Shown: positions 8,288 to 20,580 of the stretch, piece after piece
Numbering within the stretch: the first letter of the stretch is position 1
Layout of the letters: each line of letters starts with the position of its first letter
Assembly: GCA_020028535.1 (NCBI GenBank)
Contig: JAIBHM010000002.1
Span: 1-32,761, forward strand
Reading direction: 5' to 3'
DNA: 32,761 nt
DNA from: Armatimonadota bacterium
GTDB lineage: Bacteria; Sysuimicrobiota; Sysuimicrobiia; Sysuimicrobiales; Kaftiobacteriaceae
Program-made: the position numbers and the translations under genes
Notes under the pieces: generated by a model
What the model was told of the DNA's origin: nothing
Database searches by the model: none
What the model saw: the letters and a program-made list of their open reading frames with translations, nothing else

Positions 8288-9460
8288 ATGTGCGCACGGT
8301 GCGCCATACTCATCGCTGTCATCGCCATCGCCCTCGGCACTGCCGCGGCGGCGCTTGCTGCCGCCCCCGAGCCGCCAGACCAACCTCCCCAACCCTCCGC
8401 GCCGGATCGGTACCTCCGGGGTCGTGTTCTGCAGATTCTCGAAGAGCGCGAGCAGGACGTGATCGCGGAGAATCAGTTCGTCCAGATCGTCCGGGTGCGC
8501 TTGAGGGGCGTGCCGGCGGATGCCGCCGAGGTAAGGGCTGAGTTCAGCGACGTCGCCTCGGATCCCGCCCGGCGGCTCAAGCCGGGGGACGGCGTCGTCG
8601 TAGCGGCGGCGGATGAGGAGGGGGGGACTGCCTACTACGTCGTCGATCGCTACCGGATGCCCGCGCTGGGTCTTGCCGTTGGGTTGTTCTTCGCACTGGC
8701 CGTGTTGCTCAGCCGCGGCCGCGGGATCACGGCCATCCTCGGGCTCGGCATCACGGCACTCGTGCTGGCGCGGTTCATCGTCCCTGCGATCGTCGGCGGA
8801 GGGAATCCTTTGGTGGTGAGCCTGGTGGGGGCGCTGGTCATCGCCTTCGCCTCGATCTACCTGGCCCACGGCTTCAGCCTTCGCACCTCGATTGCGGTCG
8901 GCAGCACGCTGGTCACGCTCATCATCGCGTCGGTGCTGGCCATCGTTTTCGTCGGCCTGGCCAACCTGTTCGGGCTGGGCTCGGAAGAGGCATTCTACCT
9001 TCAACTGGCGCCCGTGGAGCAGCTCAACCTGCGCGGATTGCTCCTCGGCGGCATCATCCTGGGAGCGCTGGGTGTGCTCGACGACATCACCACGGCGCAG
9101 GCGGCGGCAGTGGACGAGCTGCGGAAGGCCAACCCGGCCCTCTCGGTGCAGGAGTTGTACCGGCGGGGTCTGTCGGTGGGAACGGAGCACATCACCTCGC
9201 TGGTCAACACGCTGTTTCTCGCCTACGCCGGTGCCTCGCTGCCGTTGTTCATCCTGTTCACGATTTACAACGAGACACCGGTGTGGGTGGCGCTGAACAG
9301 CGAGTTCGTGGCCGAGGAGATCGTCCGCACCCTGGTTGGCAGTGTGGCCCTGATCCTGGCCGTGCCCATCACAACAGTGGCCGCGGCGATCATTCTGTCG
9401 CGGCGAGGTCCTGCGAGTATCGACGGGATGGCGGAGGGACACCGTCACGGCGGCCCGTGA
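8288..9460 (+). CDS. YibE/F-family polytopic membrane protein
   Basis: 390 aa. N-terminal signal/anchor, then the soluble segment RGRVLQILEE...YYVVDRYR, then multiple TM helices. The conserved stretch LGALGVLDDITTAQAAAVDEL...GTEHITSLVNTLFLAYAGASLPLF is characteristic of YibE/F (PF07907-like). Confidence 0.85.
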   Translation: MCARCAILIAVIAIALGTAAAALAAAPEPPDQPPQPSAPDRYLRGRVLQILEEREQDVIAENQFVQIVRVRLRGVPADAAEVRAEFSDVASDPARRLKPGDGVVVAAADEEGGTAYYVVDRYRMPALGLAVGLFFALAVLLSRGRGITAILGLGITALVLARFIVPAIVGGGNPLVVSLVGALVIAFASIYLAHGFSLRTSIAVGSTLVTLIIASVLAIVFVGLANLFGLGSEEAFYLQLAPVEQLNLRGLLLGGIILGALGVLDDITTAQAAAVDELRKANPALSVQELYRRGLSVGTEHITSLVNTLFLAYAGASLPLFILFTIYNETPVWVALNSEFVAEEIVRTLVGSVALILAVPITTVAAAIILSRRGPASIDGMAEGHRHGGP

Positions 9461-9876
9461 GGCGGCTTGACCGGCGGTCCCTGTGGATAGCTGCCGCAGG
9501 GGCCGCCGCCCTTGGTGTCGCCCTGCTGCTTGTCCTCGTTCTGGCGCAGCGCCGTGACGCCGACCACCTCGTCAATCCCATCGCTGCTACGCCCGAGTCG
9601 ATCGCGGTCGGGGAATCCGTATATCGCGCCCACTGTCAGGTCTGCCATGGGGTCTCCGGGCGTGGGGACGGACCGGCCGCTGCCGCCCTGAACCCGCCCC
9701 CAGCCGACTTTCGCTTCCACATGGCCATGGGCCACACCGACGCGCAGCTGTTTCGTTGGATCAGCGACGGCATCCCCGGTCTGGGGATGCCTGCGTTCAG
9801 ACGCACGCTCACGGTCGATGAACGCTGGCATGTGCTCAATTTCGTGCGGCGAACATTCACCCCGGTCGAGGAGTAG
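9457..9876 (+). CDS. Membrane-anchored class I c-type cytochrome
   Basis: The GTG start is in a GTGA overlap with the YibE/F stop. N-terminal TM anchor (LWIAAAGAAALGVALLLVLVLA). Haem-binding CQVCHG and distal Met context GIPGLGMPAF. The ORF-track start 9283 lies inside the upstream gene. Confidence 0.8.
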   Translation: MRRLDRRSLWIAAAGAAALGVALLLVLVLAQRRDADHLVNPIAATPESIAVGESVYRAHCQVCHGVSGRGDGPAAAALNPPPADFRFHMAMGHTDAQLFRWISDGIPGLGMPAFRRTLTVDERWHVLNFVRRTFTPVEE

Positions 9877-9926
9877 GATGCCCAGCTGCGAGGACCCTCT
9901 CAATCAATGGCAGAACACTACACGCC

Positions 9927-10466
9927 GTGGGCGAAGCCGAGGCCAGGCCTCACCTCGAGACCGGCGAGCGCCGTCTAGAAGCGGGTGAGTATGCCGATGC
10001 CGAGCGGTCGTTCCGGGAAGCGGTGGCGGCCGCTCCGGACTCCGTGGTCGCCCACAGCAAACTTGGGGTTGCGCTCGCGCAGCAAGGGCAGCTGGACGCT
10101 GCCATCAGCGAGTTCTCGAAGGCCCTCTCGATTCACCCCGGATATGCCCCCGCCTACAGCAATTTGGGCAACGCCTATCGTCAGAAGGGGATGCTGGACG
10201 AGGCGATGGCCGCCTACGAGCGCGCGGTCGCCATCGATCCCGACTACTGGGTCGCCCATCAGAATCTCGGCGCGCTCTACAAGCAAACGGGCCGCCTCAG
10301 CGAAGCGGTCGAGCACTTCAAGAAAGCCACACGGCTTTCCGCGAAAGCCACACGACGCTCCGGGCCCCGGACAGGCAAGTCCGTCGCCGGACCGCGCCGG
10401 GGAGGGTGTCTGAGCGCGCTCGTGGCCGCCCTTGCCCTGGTCCTCCTGCTCGGGTTCTGCTTCTAA
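9927..10466 (+). CDS. Tetratricopeptide-repeat protein with a C-terminal transmembrane anchor
   Basis: Three to four consecutive 34-residue TPR units (e.g. AHSKLGVALAQQGQLDAAISEFSKALSIHPGYAP, AYSNLGNAYRQKGMLDEAMAAYERAVAIDPDYWV, AHQNLGALYKQTGRLSEAVEHFKKA). Hydrophobic tail LSALVAALALVLLLGFCF. Confidence 0.8.
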   Translation: MGEAEARPHLETGERRLEAGEYADAERSFREAVAAAPDSVVAHSKLGVALAQQGQLDAAISEFSKALSIHPGYAPAYSNLGNAYRQKGMLDEAMAAYERAVAIDPDYWVAHQNLGALYKQTGRLSEAVEHFKKATRLSAKATRRSGPRTGKSVAGPRRGGCLSALVAALALVLLLGFCF

Positions 10467-10546
10467 GGTATAATGCACCTGGAATACCGCTGCGGCGCGA
10501 AACGTTGTGCGCGGAAGCGGGGAAATAGAGGATGGAGGTCGTACGG

Positions 10547-10894
10547 ATGGGCAAGCCGGTACACGTGAACGATCAGGACTTTGAAACGCAGGTGATCCGC
10601 TCAGAGGTGCCCGTGCTGGTCGACTTCTGGGCGGAGTGGTGCGGCCCATGCCGCATGATTGCTCCGATCGTCGAGGATCTGGCCGGGGAGTACGAAGGCC
10701 GGATGAAGGTCGTCAAAGTCGACGTGGATGAGAACAACAACCTGGCACATCGCTACAGCATCATGAGCATCCCCACCTTGGGCATCTTCAAGGGTGGGCA
10801 GCTCGTGGAGCGGCTGGTGGGCTACATGCCCAAGCAGGAGCTCAAGAAGCGCATCGACCAGGTGGTCGGAACCAGAGGTCAGCTGACCGCCTGA
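10547..10894 (+). CDS. trxA: Thioredoxin
   Basis: VLVDFWAEWCGPCRMIAP active site and SIPTLGIFKGG. The ATG at 10547 is preferred because GGAGG lies 8 nt upstream. The alternative ATG at 10532 would add 5 codons. Confidence 0.9.
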   Translation: MGKPVHVNDQDFETQVIRSEVPVLVDFWAEWCGPCRMIAPIVEDLAGEYEGRMKVVKVDVDENNNLAHRYSIMSIPTLGIFKGGQLVERLVGYMPKQELKKRIDQVVGTRGQLTA

Positions 10895-10938
10895 AGCAGC
10901 AGCACGACGGAAATTTAACGGACAGTCCTGAATGAAAT

Positions 10939-10978
10939 GCGGGGCCGGGGCTTCTGCTCGGCCCCGCTGTGTTTGCTG
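10939..10978. terminator. Putative bidirectional intrinsic terminator between the convergent trxA and trxB
   Basis: GCGGGGCCG (10939-10947) pairs with CGGCCCCGC (10959-10967) across an 11-nt loop, followed by TGTGTTTG. It sits between the two stop codons (10894 and 11003). Confidence 0.5.
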
Positions 10979-11002
10979 CGCGGTGCGGTCGTGTTGGTGT
11001 TA

Positions 11003-11929
11003 CTAGTGCTCTCCCTGTCCGCCGAGCCAGCGTTCCGCGTCCATCGCCGCCTCACAGCCGTATCCGGCCGCGGTGACGGCCTGCCGGTAAGTGGGGTCGT
11101 GCACGTCCCCCGCGACAAAGACGCCCTCCACGCTCGTCATCGACCGGTGCCGGCGGGCGATGTACCCATTCGCATCCATCACCACCTGGCCTCGGAACAG
11201 CTCGGTGTTGGGCTTGTGGCCGATGGCCACGAAGACGCCGTCGGCCGGACGCTGCGTGATCCGGCCGGTATTGAGATCGTGCAGTCGTACGCCGCTTACC
11301 TTGCCGTCGCCGGTGATGTCCGCGAGGATGGTATTCCAGATGAACTCGATCTTGCTGTTCTCCATCGCGCGCTGCGCCATGATCTTGCTCGCGCGGAGCT
11401 GGTCGCGCCGGTGCACCACGGTGACGCCTTTGGCCAGCTTGGACAAGTACAGCGCTTCCTCCATCGCGGTGTCCCCGCCCCCTACGACGATGACGTCGCG
11501 GTTACGGAAGAAGAAGCCGTCGCAGGTCGCGCAGGTGCTCACGCCGCGCCCCATCAGCCGCTGCTCGCCGGGAAGACCCAGGAGTTTCGCCTTGGCGCCG
11601 GTGGCGATGATGAGCGCCTTCGCCTCGTACCGTTCTCCCGACTGAATGGTCACCTGAAACGGTCGCGAGGACAGGTCCACCTCGGTGGCGTCTTCGGCGA
11701 CGAACTCGGCGCCCACGCGTTCGGCCTGGGCGCGCATCGCCGCCATGAGGTCGGGGCCCATCACCGCATCGGCAAACCCCGGGTAGTTCTCCACCTCGGT
11801 GGTGAGCATCAGCTGGCCGCCGGCCTCCGCGCCGGCGATGACCAGCGGCCGCAGTCCGGCCCGCGTCGCGTAGATGGCCGCCGAGAGCCCGGCAGGGCCG
11901 GAGCCGAGGACGATCACATTGCGCATCAC
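11003..11929 (-). CDS. trxB: Thioredoxin-disulfide reductase
   Basis: FAD motif [22 protein letters not shown], redox-active CATCDG, NADPH motif [15 protein letters not shown]. The GTG (11929) or the adjacent ATG (11926) lies 8-11 nt after a GGAGG. The ORF-track start 11968 is also possible. Confidence 0.9.
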   Translation of the reverse strand: MMRNVIVLGSGPAGLSAAIYATRAGLRPLVIAGAEAGGQLMLTTEVENYPGFADAVMGPDLMAAMRAQAERVGAEFVAEDATEVDLSSRPFQVTIQSGERYEAKALIIATGAKAKLLGLPGEQRLMGRGVSTCATCDGFFFRNRDVIVVGGGDTAMEEALYLSKLAKGVTVVHRRDQLRASKIMAQRAMENSKIEFIWNTILADITGDGKVSGVRLHDLNTGRITQRPADGVFVAIGHKPNTELFRGQVVMDANGYIARRHRSMTSVEGVFVAGDVHDPTYRQAVTAAGYGCEAAMDAERWLGGQGEH

Positions 11930-12071
11930 TGCCAAAACCTCCATCCGCTGAACGCCTTGTGCGCTCATCAGTATTCCTTCCCGCCCCGCCCTGCCTGGGC
12001 CCTCGCTCCGCGGGCGGTCGGCGGGGCCCCGCGCGGCCCGGGCGCCCCACCCTACCCTATGACAATCTCAT

Positions 12072-12102
12072 TGTCAAGGTTCTTGACAGTCTAAGTGTCA
12101 AT
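12072..12102. promoter_or_regulatory. HAIR-like operator/promoter array: TGTCAAG-3-CTTGACA-7-TGTCAAT
   Basis: Three heptamers in alternating orientation (12072-12078, 12082-12088, 12096-12102). The central one contains a consensus -35 TTGACA (12083-12088). The layout resembles the HspR-associated inverted repeat CTTGAGT-N7-ACTCAAG and sits about 30 nt upstream of the hspR start. Confidence 0.5.
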
Positions 12103-12130
12103 GATTATCCTTGAACTTGGAGGTGGCCAA

Positions 12131-12448
12131 GTGAAGAACCGCCGGGACGACCGGCCGGTCTACATGATCAGCATCGCCGCGGACCTGACCGGTCTGCATC
12201 CGCGTACGCTGCGCATCTACGAAGACAAAGGGCTGCTCCAGCCCGCGCGGCGGAATAACACGCGGCTGTATTCCGATCGGGATCTGGATCGGGTGCGGCT
12301 GATCCGCCACTTCACGCAGGAGCTCGGCCTGAATCTGGCCGGGGTCCGGATTCTGCTCGAAGTGACCGAGCGGTTGGAATACCGCGGGACCCGAAATGCG
12401 AGTTCGTGGGTCTTTGAACGAACGACGAGGAGGAGGCGAGTGCGATGA
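12131..12448 (+). CDS. hspR: MerR-family heat-shock repressor HspR
   Basis: YMISIAADLTGLHPRTLRIYEDKGLLQPARRNNTRLYSDRDLDRVRLIRHFTQELGLNLAGVRILLEV matches the HspR-type MerR HTH. GTG at 12131 is preceded by GGAGGTGG. It is followed by the chaperone genes. Confidence 0.85.
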   Translation: MKNRRDDRPVYMISIAADLTGLHPRTLRIYEDKGLLQPARRNNTRLYSDRDLDRVRLIRHFTQELGLNLAGVRILLEVTERLEYRGTRNASSWVFERTTRRRRVR

Positions 12449-12900
12449 GCATGATTCGGTGGAATCCATTTGATGAGCTCGCGTCCTTGCGCGAGTCGAT
12501 GGACAAGTTGTTCGATGACTTTCTGACCACGCGCGGGCCGGGTCAGCGTGCCGAGACCGCGCCGATGGTCTGGCAGCCGGCCATAGAGGCGTACGAGACC
12601 GACTATGATGTGGTGATCCGCGCCGAGCTGCCCGGCATCAACCCGAACAACGTCGAGATCAGCGTCACCGGCGAGACCTTGACCATCAAGGGCTCCTCGC
12701 GCGCGGAGCAGGAAGAGAAACACCGCAACTACCACCGGCGAGAGTTGCGCTACGGCGCGTTCGCCCGATCACTCACGCTGCCGAGCGGCGTCCAGGGTGA
12801 TCAGGCCAAAGCGTCCTTCCGCAACGGCATCCTGGAGATCCGGGTGCCCAAGAACGAGCGGGCGAAGCCGAAGAGCGTGAAGGTCGAAGTTTCCGAGTAG
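12445..12900 (+). CDS. Hsp20/alpha-crystallin small heat-shock protein
   Basis: 151 aa. N-terminal WNPFDEL, alpha-crystallin core ([30 protein letters not shown]...LTIKG...[16 protein letters not shown]...[14 protein letters not shown]). ATGA overlap with hspR. Confidence 0.9.
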   Translation: MSMIRWNPFDELASLRESMDKLFDDFLTTRGPGQRAETAPMVWQPAIEAYETDYDVVIRAELPGINPNNVEISVTGETLTIKGSSRAEQEEKHRNYHRRELRYGAFARSLTLPSGVQGDQAKASFRNGILEIRVPKNERAKPKSVKVEVSE

Positions 12901-12916
12901 AGAGGAGCCCCTATCC

Positions 12917-14818
12917 ATGGGCAAGGTTGTCGGCATCGATCTGGGCACGACTAACTCTGTGATCGCCGTCGTGATCGGCGGGGAGCCGCAGGTCATCCCC
13001 AACGCCGAGGGCAGCCGTCTCACGCCTTCGGTCGTCGGCTTCACGAAAACGGGTGAGCGCCTGGTCGGCCAGATGGCCAAGCGCCAGGCGATCCTCAACC
13101 CGGAAAACACCGTCTACTCCATCAAGCGCTTCGTCGGCCGCCGGGTCGCCGAAGTGGACACCGAGCGCAAGATGGTGAGTTACCGCGTGGAGGAGGGGCC
13201 GAACGGCATGGTGGTCGTCCGGATTCCCGCCGCCGGCAAGACCTTCACGCCAGAAGAAATCTCCGCCATGATCCTGCAGAAGCTCCGGACCGACGCCGAG
13301 GCATTTCTCGGCGACAAGGTCACCGAGGCCGTGATCACCGTGCCCGCGTACTTCAACGACGCGCAGCGCACGGCGACCAAGAACGCCGGCGAGATCGCGG
13401 GATTGAAGGTCCTGCGCATCATCAATGAGCCGACCGCCTCGGCCCTGGCCTACGGCCTCGACAAGAAGGGCGCCGAGACCGTCCTGGTCTTCGACCTGGG
13501 CGGCGGCACGTTCGACGTGACGGTGCTCGAGATCGGGGAAGGCGTCTTCGAGGTCAAGGCCACCAATGGCGACACGCACCTGGGCGGCGACGACTGGGAC
13601 GAGCGCATCGTCAACTGGCTCGCCGATCAGTTCAAGCGCGAGAACGGCATTGATCTGCGTCAGGACCGCCAGGCCCTCCAGCGCCTTAGGGAGGCATCCG
13701 AGCGCGCAAAAGTCGAGCTGAGCACGGTCACGCAGACCACGATCAACCTGCCCTTCATCACCGCGGACGCCAGCGGCCCGAAGCACCTGGACTATGTCCT
13801 GACCCGGGCCAAGTTCGAGGAGATGACCGCGAATCTGGTCGAGCGCTGCATCGGACCCTTCAAGCAGGCGCTGGCCGACTCCAAGATGAGCGAGAAGGAT
13901 CTCGACCAGGTCATCCTGGTCGGCGGCGCGACGCGCATGCCCATGATCCAGGAACTGGTGCGGCGCCTCACGGGCAAGGAGCCCAACAAGGAGGTCCACC
14001 CGGATGAGGTTGTGGCGGTGGGCGCGGCCATCCAGGCCGGAGTGCTCGCCGGGACCGTGCGCGAGGTCGTGCTGCTGGACGTGACGCCCCTGTCGCTCGG
14101 CGTAGAAACGCTGGGCGGCGTGATGACGCCGTTGATCTCCCGCAATACGACGATTCCCACGCGTAAGAGCGAAGTCTTCAGCACGGCTGCGGACGGTCAG
14201 ACGCAGGTGGAGATCCACGTGCTGCAGGGCGAGCGGCAGATGGCGCGCGATAACCGCACGCTCGGCCGCTTTATCCTGGATGGCGTTCCGCCGGCTCCCC
14301 GGGGCGTGCCCAAGATCGAGGTCACATTTGACATTGACGCCAACGGCATCCTCGATGCGAAGGCGCGCGACACCGCGACCGGCCGTGAACAGTCGATCAA
14401 GATCACCGGGACATCGACGCTGTCAAAGGACGAAGTGGACAAGATGGTCAAGGAGGCCGAGCGCTTCGCCGAGGAGGACCGCCAGAAGCGCGAGGAAGCC
14501 GACACCCGAAACCGCGGAGACACCCTGGTGTACCAGGTCGAGCGGATGCTCAAGGACGCGGGCGACAAGATCAGCGCCGACGAGAAAGCCAGGGTCGAGG
14601 ACAAGCTGAAGGCGTTGAAGGACGCGCTGGGCGGCGGGGACCTCCAGAAGATCTCGGCGGCCACCAGCGAGCTGGAGCAGGCCAGCAACAAACTGACGGA
14701 GGCGATGTACGCGAAGGCGGCCGCGGGCGCCCCCGGTACCGGCCAGCCGCCCGGCGGTGAGACCAGGCCCGGAGAAGACGTCATCGACGCCGACTTCAAA
14801 CCCAAAGATGAGAAATAG
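12917..14818 (+). CDS. dnaK: Hsp70 chaperone DnaK
   Basis: 633 aa. [41 protein letters not shown], and the substrate-binding and lid regions. Confidence 0.98.
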   Translation: MGKVVGIDLGTTNSVIAVVIGGEPQVIPNAEGSRLTPSVVGFTKTGERLVGQMAKRQAILNPENTVYSIKRFVGRRVAEVDTERKMVSYRVEEGPNGMVVVRIPAAGKTFTPEEISAMILQKLRTDAEAFLGDKVTEAVITVPAYFNDAQRTATKNAGEIAGLKVLRIINEPTASALAYGLDKKGAETVLVFDLGGGTFDVTVLEIGEGVFEVKATNGDTHLGGDDWDERIVNWLADQFKRENGIDLRQDRQALQRLREASERAKVELSTVTQTTINLPFITADASGPKHLDYVLTRAKFEEMTANLVERCIGPFKQALADSKMSEKDLDQVILVGGATRMPMIQELVRRLTGKEPNKEVHPDEVVAVGAAIQAGVLAGTVREVVLLDVTPLSLGVETLGGVMTPLISRNTTIPTRKSEVFSTAADGQTQVEIHVLQGERQMARDNRTLGRFILDGVPPAPRGVPKIEVTFDIDANGILDAKARDTATGREQSIKITGTSTLSKDEVDKMVKEAERFAEEDRQKREEADTRNRGDTLVYQVERMLKDAGDKISADEKARVEDKLKALKDALGGGDLQKISAATSELEQASNKLTEAMYAKAAAGAPGTGQPPGGETRPGEDVIDADFKPKDEK

Positions 14819-14839
14819 TCTTGCCATGACCCGAGGTGC

Positions 14840-15394
14840 GTGATGGATGAGCGCAGTGACCTTCCGGGGGAGGAAGGGCGCGCTGAGGCTGTCGCCCCGA
14901 AGCAGACGTCCGCGGAGTTGACCGACTCCGTCGACGAGCTGCGCGCGCTCGCCACCCACTACAAGCAGGAAGCGGAGCGCAACTGGCAGCAGTTCCTGCA
15001 CGCGGCGGCGGATCTGGAGAACTACAAGAAGCAGGCGGTGCGCCAGCGTGACGAAGCCGTCCAGCGCGTCCGCCACTCACTGCTGGCCGTTGTTCTCGAC
15101 GTGGTCGACAATCTGGAGCGCGCGCTCGAGCATCGCACAAGCGGCGACCAGGGCGCCGTCCTGGAAGGCATCCGCATGACCCACCGTCGCGTCATGGACC
15201 TTTTGCACAGTATGGGCGTGGTACCCATGAAGGCGACAGGCAAGCCGTTTGATCCGCGCCACCATGAAGCCGTCGACGTCGTCTCCCACGCCGACCTCGG
15301 CGTGGATCCGAACACCGTCGTTGCGGAGATCCAGCGCGGCTACGTCCTCAACGGGGAGGTGCTCCGCCCCGCCAGGGTGAGGGTGGCCAAGTAG
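14840..15394 (+). CDS. grpE: Nucleotide exchange factor GrpE
   Basis: Coiled-coil N-terminal region, then RAAADLENYKKQAVRQRDEA, VVDNLERAL, and C-terminal FDPRHHEAV...GYVLNGEVLRPARVRVAK. The start (GTG 14840 or ATG 14843) is uncertain. Confidence 0.9.
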   Translation: MMDERSDLPGEEGRAEAVAPKQTSAELTDSVDELRALATHYKQEAERNWQQFLHAAADLENYKKQAVRQRDEAVQRVRHSLLAVVLDVVDNLERALEHRTSGDQGAVLEGIRMTHRRVMDLLHSMGVVPMKATGKPFDPRHHEAVDVVSHADLGVDPNTVVAEIQRGYVLNGEVLRPARVRVAK

Positions 15395-16378
15395 ATGGAG
15401 TTCAAGGATTACTACAAGACCCTGGGTGTCGAACGCGGGGCCGAGCAGAAGGCCGTCAGCACCGCATTCAGGAAGCTTGCGCGCAAGTATCATCCCGATA
15501 TCAACAAGGCCAAGGGCGCCGAGGACAACTTCAAGGAAATCAACGAAGCCTATCAGGTGCTCGGCGATCCCGAGAAGCGCGCGAAGTACGACCAGATGTA
15601 CGAAGCCTACCAGCACGGCGGCGTGAACTGGCAGGACGCGTTCGGCAGTGGGGGCGCCTGGCGTACGCAGTCACCGGGTGGGTGGACCGTGACCATGGAA
15701 GGCAACCCGGCCGATTTGGAAGACCTGCTCGGAGGCCTCGGCGGCTTCAGCGATTTCTTCAGGCAATTCTTCGGCGCAGATGTGATCGGTTCACCGCGTC
15801 CTCGCGGCCGGGCCCGCGGGCGTGCACGGACGGCCGTCGAGGACCCGTTCGGCGGAGCAGCGGCGCCAGCGCAGGCGGAGGCAGCCGCGCCGCTCGATGT
15901 CACGCTGGAAGAGGCACATCAAGGCGCTCAGAAGCCGGTGGCCCTCCAGGTCAACGGCACGACACGCCGGCTCGACGTGACCATTCCCAAAGGTGTGCGC
16001 AGCGGCCAGCGCATCCGGCTGCCGGGCGCGCTCGACGGCGGCGATCTTTATCTGACCATCCAGATTGCTCCGCATCCCCGCTTCGAGCGCCGGGAGGACG
16101 ACCTTGTGGTCGAGGTGCCGGTATCGCTTACCGAGGCGCTGCTCGGCGGGAAGATCGAAGTGCCCACGCTCGAGGGGACCGTGGAGATGACCATCCCTCC
16201 AGAGACACAAAACGGGCAGCTGTTCCGGTTGCGCGGCCAGGGCATGTCCCGGCGTGACGGAACGCGTGGCGACCTGATCGTCCGCGTGCACGTCGTCCTG
16301 CCTAAGCAACTCACCAAGCGCGAGCGGGAACTGGTCGAGGAACTGGGCAAGCTGCGCAAAGAGAATCCGAGGACCTAG
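15395..16378 (+). CDS. Type II J-domain co-chaperone (CbpA/DnaJ-like, no zinc-finger domain)
   Basis: J domain DYYKTLGV...KYHPDINK...[16 protein letters not shown], a G/F-rich linker and C-terminal substrate-binding domains. The 327-aa protein contains no cysteine, so the CXXCXGXG repeats of type I DnaJ are absent. The ATG abuts the grpE stop. Confidence 0.9.
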   Translation: MEFKDYYKTLGVERGAEQKAVSTAFRKLARKYHPDINKAKGAEDNFKEINEAYQVLGDPEKRAKYDQMYEAYQHGGVNWQDAFGSGGAWRTQSPGGWTVTMEGNPADLEDLLGGLGGFSDFFRQFFGADVIGSPRPRGRARGRARTAVEDPFGGAAAPAQAEAAAPLDVTLEEAHQGAQKPVALQVNGTTRRLDVTIPKGVRSGQRIRLPGALDGGDLYLTIQIAPHPRFERREDDLVVEVPVSLTEALLGGKIEVPTLEGTVEMTIPPETQNGQLFRLRGQGMSRRDGTRGDLIVRVHVVLPKQLTKRERELVEELGKLRKENPRT

Positions 16379-16380
16379 CG

Positions 16381-19008
<2,628 letters not shown>

Positions 19009-19039
19009 TACGCAGCCTCCATATTAAGAGGAGGAGTCG

Positions 19040-20545
19040 ATTCTCCGGGTCATCGTCTTTGTCAGCGGGGCGGTCCTGCTTGCTCTGGAGATCGTAGCCA
19101 GCCGCGTCGTTGCGCCCCATCTCGGAAACTCCATCTACGTGTGGGGCGCCTTGATCGGTGTGTTCCTCGGGGCACTGGCCGTCGGCTATTTCGTCGGCGG
19201 CAGCCTTGCCGACCGGCACCCTTCCGGGGCGCTGTTCGCCGGGCTCGTCTTCATCTCGGGATTGCTGGTCTTTCCGATCCCGCTCCTCGCGCCTCCAGTG
19301 CTCGAGGCGATCACGCTGAATGGGTTTGGCCCTCGGGCAGGCCCGCTGGCCGCATCCACCGTCCTGTTCTTCCTTCCAGCGACGGTGATGGGGATGATCT
19401 CGCCGTTCGCCGTGAGGCTTCAGGCGAAGACCGTGGCCACCATCGGCAGCGTTGCGGGGGCCTTATACGCGCTGTCGACGGTGGGCAGCATCGCCGGCAC
19501 GCTGCTCGCGGCGTTCGTACTCCTGGCGTGGATGGGCGTGCGCACGATTGTACACATGCTCGGCGCCGTGTTGATGGCCCTGGCGGTCGTGGCCTGGCTG
19601 TCGTCCCGGCGGGTCGCATTGGCGGGTGTGGCCGGCGCGCTTGCGGCCGCACTGGTCGTAGGTCTGCCACTCTCGGTCGTGGGCGACGCACGCGAGGGGC
19701 TCCGCTTCGAGCGGGACACAGTCTACCACAAGATCTCCGTCAGCGATGAGGGCGGCGTGCGGTACCTGCGGCTTGATGCGTACTGGCAGAGCGGTCTCGA
19801 TCTCGCCGATCCGCGGCGCACGGTCTTCGCGTATTCTGACTACCTGCATCTGCCGCTGATCTTCCGGCCCGATGCGCGCCGGGTCCTGTTCGTGGGTCTG
19901 GGCGGCGGGACGGCGCCGCGGCGCTATCACGAAGACTACCCACAGATGCAAGTCGACGTCGTCGAGCTCGACCCGGCCGTGGTCCAGGTCGCCCGTCAGT
20001 ATTTCGGCGTGCCGCAGGACGACAGGCTGAGGCTCTTCGCACAGGACGGCCGCCTGTTCGTCGCCCGTGCGCGAGGGCGCTATGACATCGTCGTGCTCGA
20101 CGCGTTCCTGATCGACACCATCCCGTTTCACCTCGCGACGCGCGAGTTCTTCGAGACGATCCGCGACCACCTCACCCCCGGCGGGGTGCTGGCCAGCAAC
20201 ATCATCGGTGCCCTCGACGGCCCGCGCAGCGGATTTTTCCGGGCGGTGTACAGGACATTCCGGGAGGTGTTTCCCGCAGTGTACGTGTTCCCCACCGATT
20301 GGGGACGGTTCAATAGCGAGGAAGCGCTGCGAAACATCATTGTGGTCGCCGCGCCTCAACGCGTGCCCCTCTCGCCGGCGTCGATCCAGGCCGCCGCACG
20401 CGCGGCGCGGAAGATGCCCGGCGTGACGATCGAGCGGTTCGAGGAGGCAGCCGGTGACCTCTACACCGAACCGATCCGCACGGACGACGTTCCTGTGCTC
20501 ACCGATGACTTCGCCCCCGTAGAGCTCCTGGTGCAGCCCCGCTAG
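19040..20545 (+). CDS. Membrane-fused spermidine-synthase-like (aminopropyl/methyl-transferase fold) protein; probable non-canonical ATT start
   Basis: C-terminal SAM/dcSAM-type fold (VLFVGLGGGTAPR...VDVVELDPAVV...YDIVVLDAF), preceded by about 7 TM helices. The family-typical N-terminus (VFVSGAVLLALEIVASRVVAPHLGNSIYVWGALIGVFLG) lies upstream of the first canonical start (GTG 19139). The frame is closed by TAA at 19025. GGAGG at 19030-19034 is followed 5 nt later by ATT at 19040. Confidence 0.75.
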   Translation: MLRVIVFVSGAVLLALEIVASRVVAPHLGNSIYVWGALIGVFLGALAVGYFVGGSLADRHPSGALFAGLVFISGLLVFPIPLLAPPVLEAITLNGFGPRAGPLAASTVLFFLPATVMGMISPFAVRLQAKTVATIGSVAGALYALSTVGSIAGTLLAAFVLLAWMGVRTIVHMLGAVLMALAVVAWLSSRRVALAGVAGALAAALVVGLPLSVVGDAREGLRFERDTVYHKISVSDEGGVRYLRLDAYWQSGLDLADPRRTVFAYSDYLHLPLIFRPDARRVLFVGLGGGTAPRRYHEDYPQMQVDVVELDPAVVQVARQYFGVPQDDRLRLFAQDGRLFVARARGRYDIVVLDAFLIDTIPFHLATREFFETIRDHLTPGGVLASNIIGALDGPRSGFFRAVYRTFREVFPAVYVFPTDWGRFNSEEALRNIIVVAAPQRVPLSPASIQAAARAARKMPGVTIERFEEAAGDLYTEPIRTDDVPVLTDDFAPVELLVQPR

Positions 20546-20580
20546 TACGTCCCGGGACAGCAGGAGCCACCGGCATCGAT

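Noticed and set aside
8279-9448. 389-codon minus-strand ORF opposite the YibE/F gene.
   Set aside because: Antisense shadow ORF with a highly charged, Arg/Asp/Gln-rich, non-protein-like translation. The + strand gives a coherent polytopic YibE/F protein.
10937-12094. 385-codon + strand ORF overlapping trxB.
   Set aside because: It is antisense to trxB, whose FAD, NADPH and CATC motifs are unmistakable. It would also run through the terminator hairpin and the hspR operator.
12911-14218. 435-codon minus-strand ORF opposite dnaK. Similar cases are 17302-18651 opposite clpB, 27923-29380 opposite the Lon-family gene, 25967-27076 opposite ssb, rpsR and DUF2232, and 14197-14955 and 15077-15616 opposite dnaK, grpE and the J-protein gene.
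   Set aside because: All are antisense to genes with unambiguous conserved motifs, and all have Arg/Ala/Leu-rich, featureless translations.
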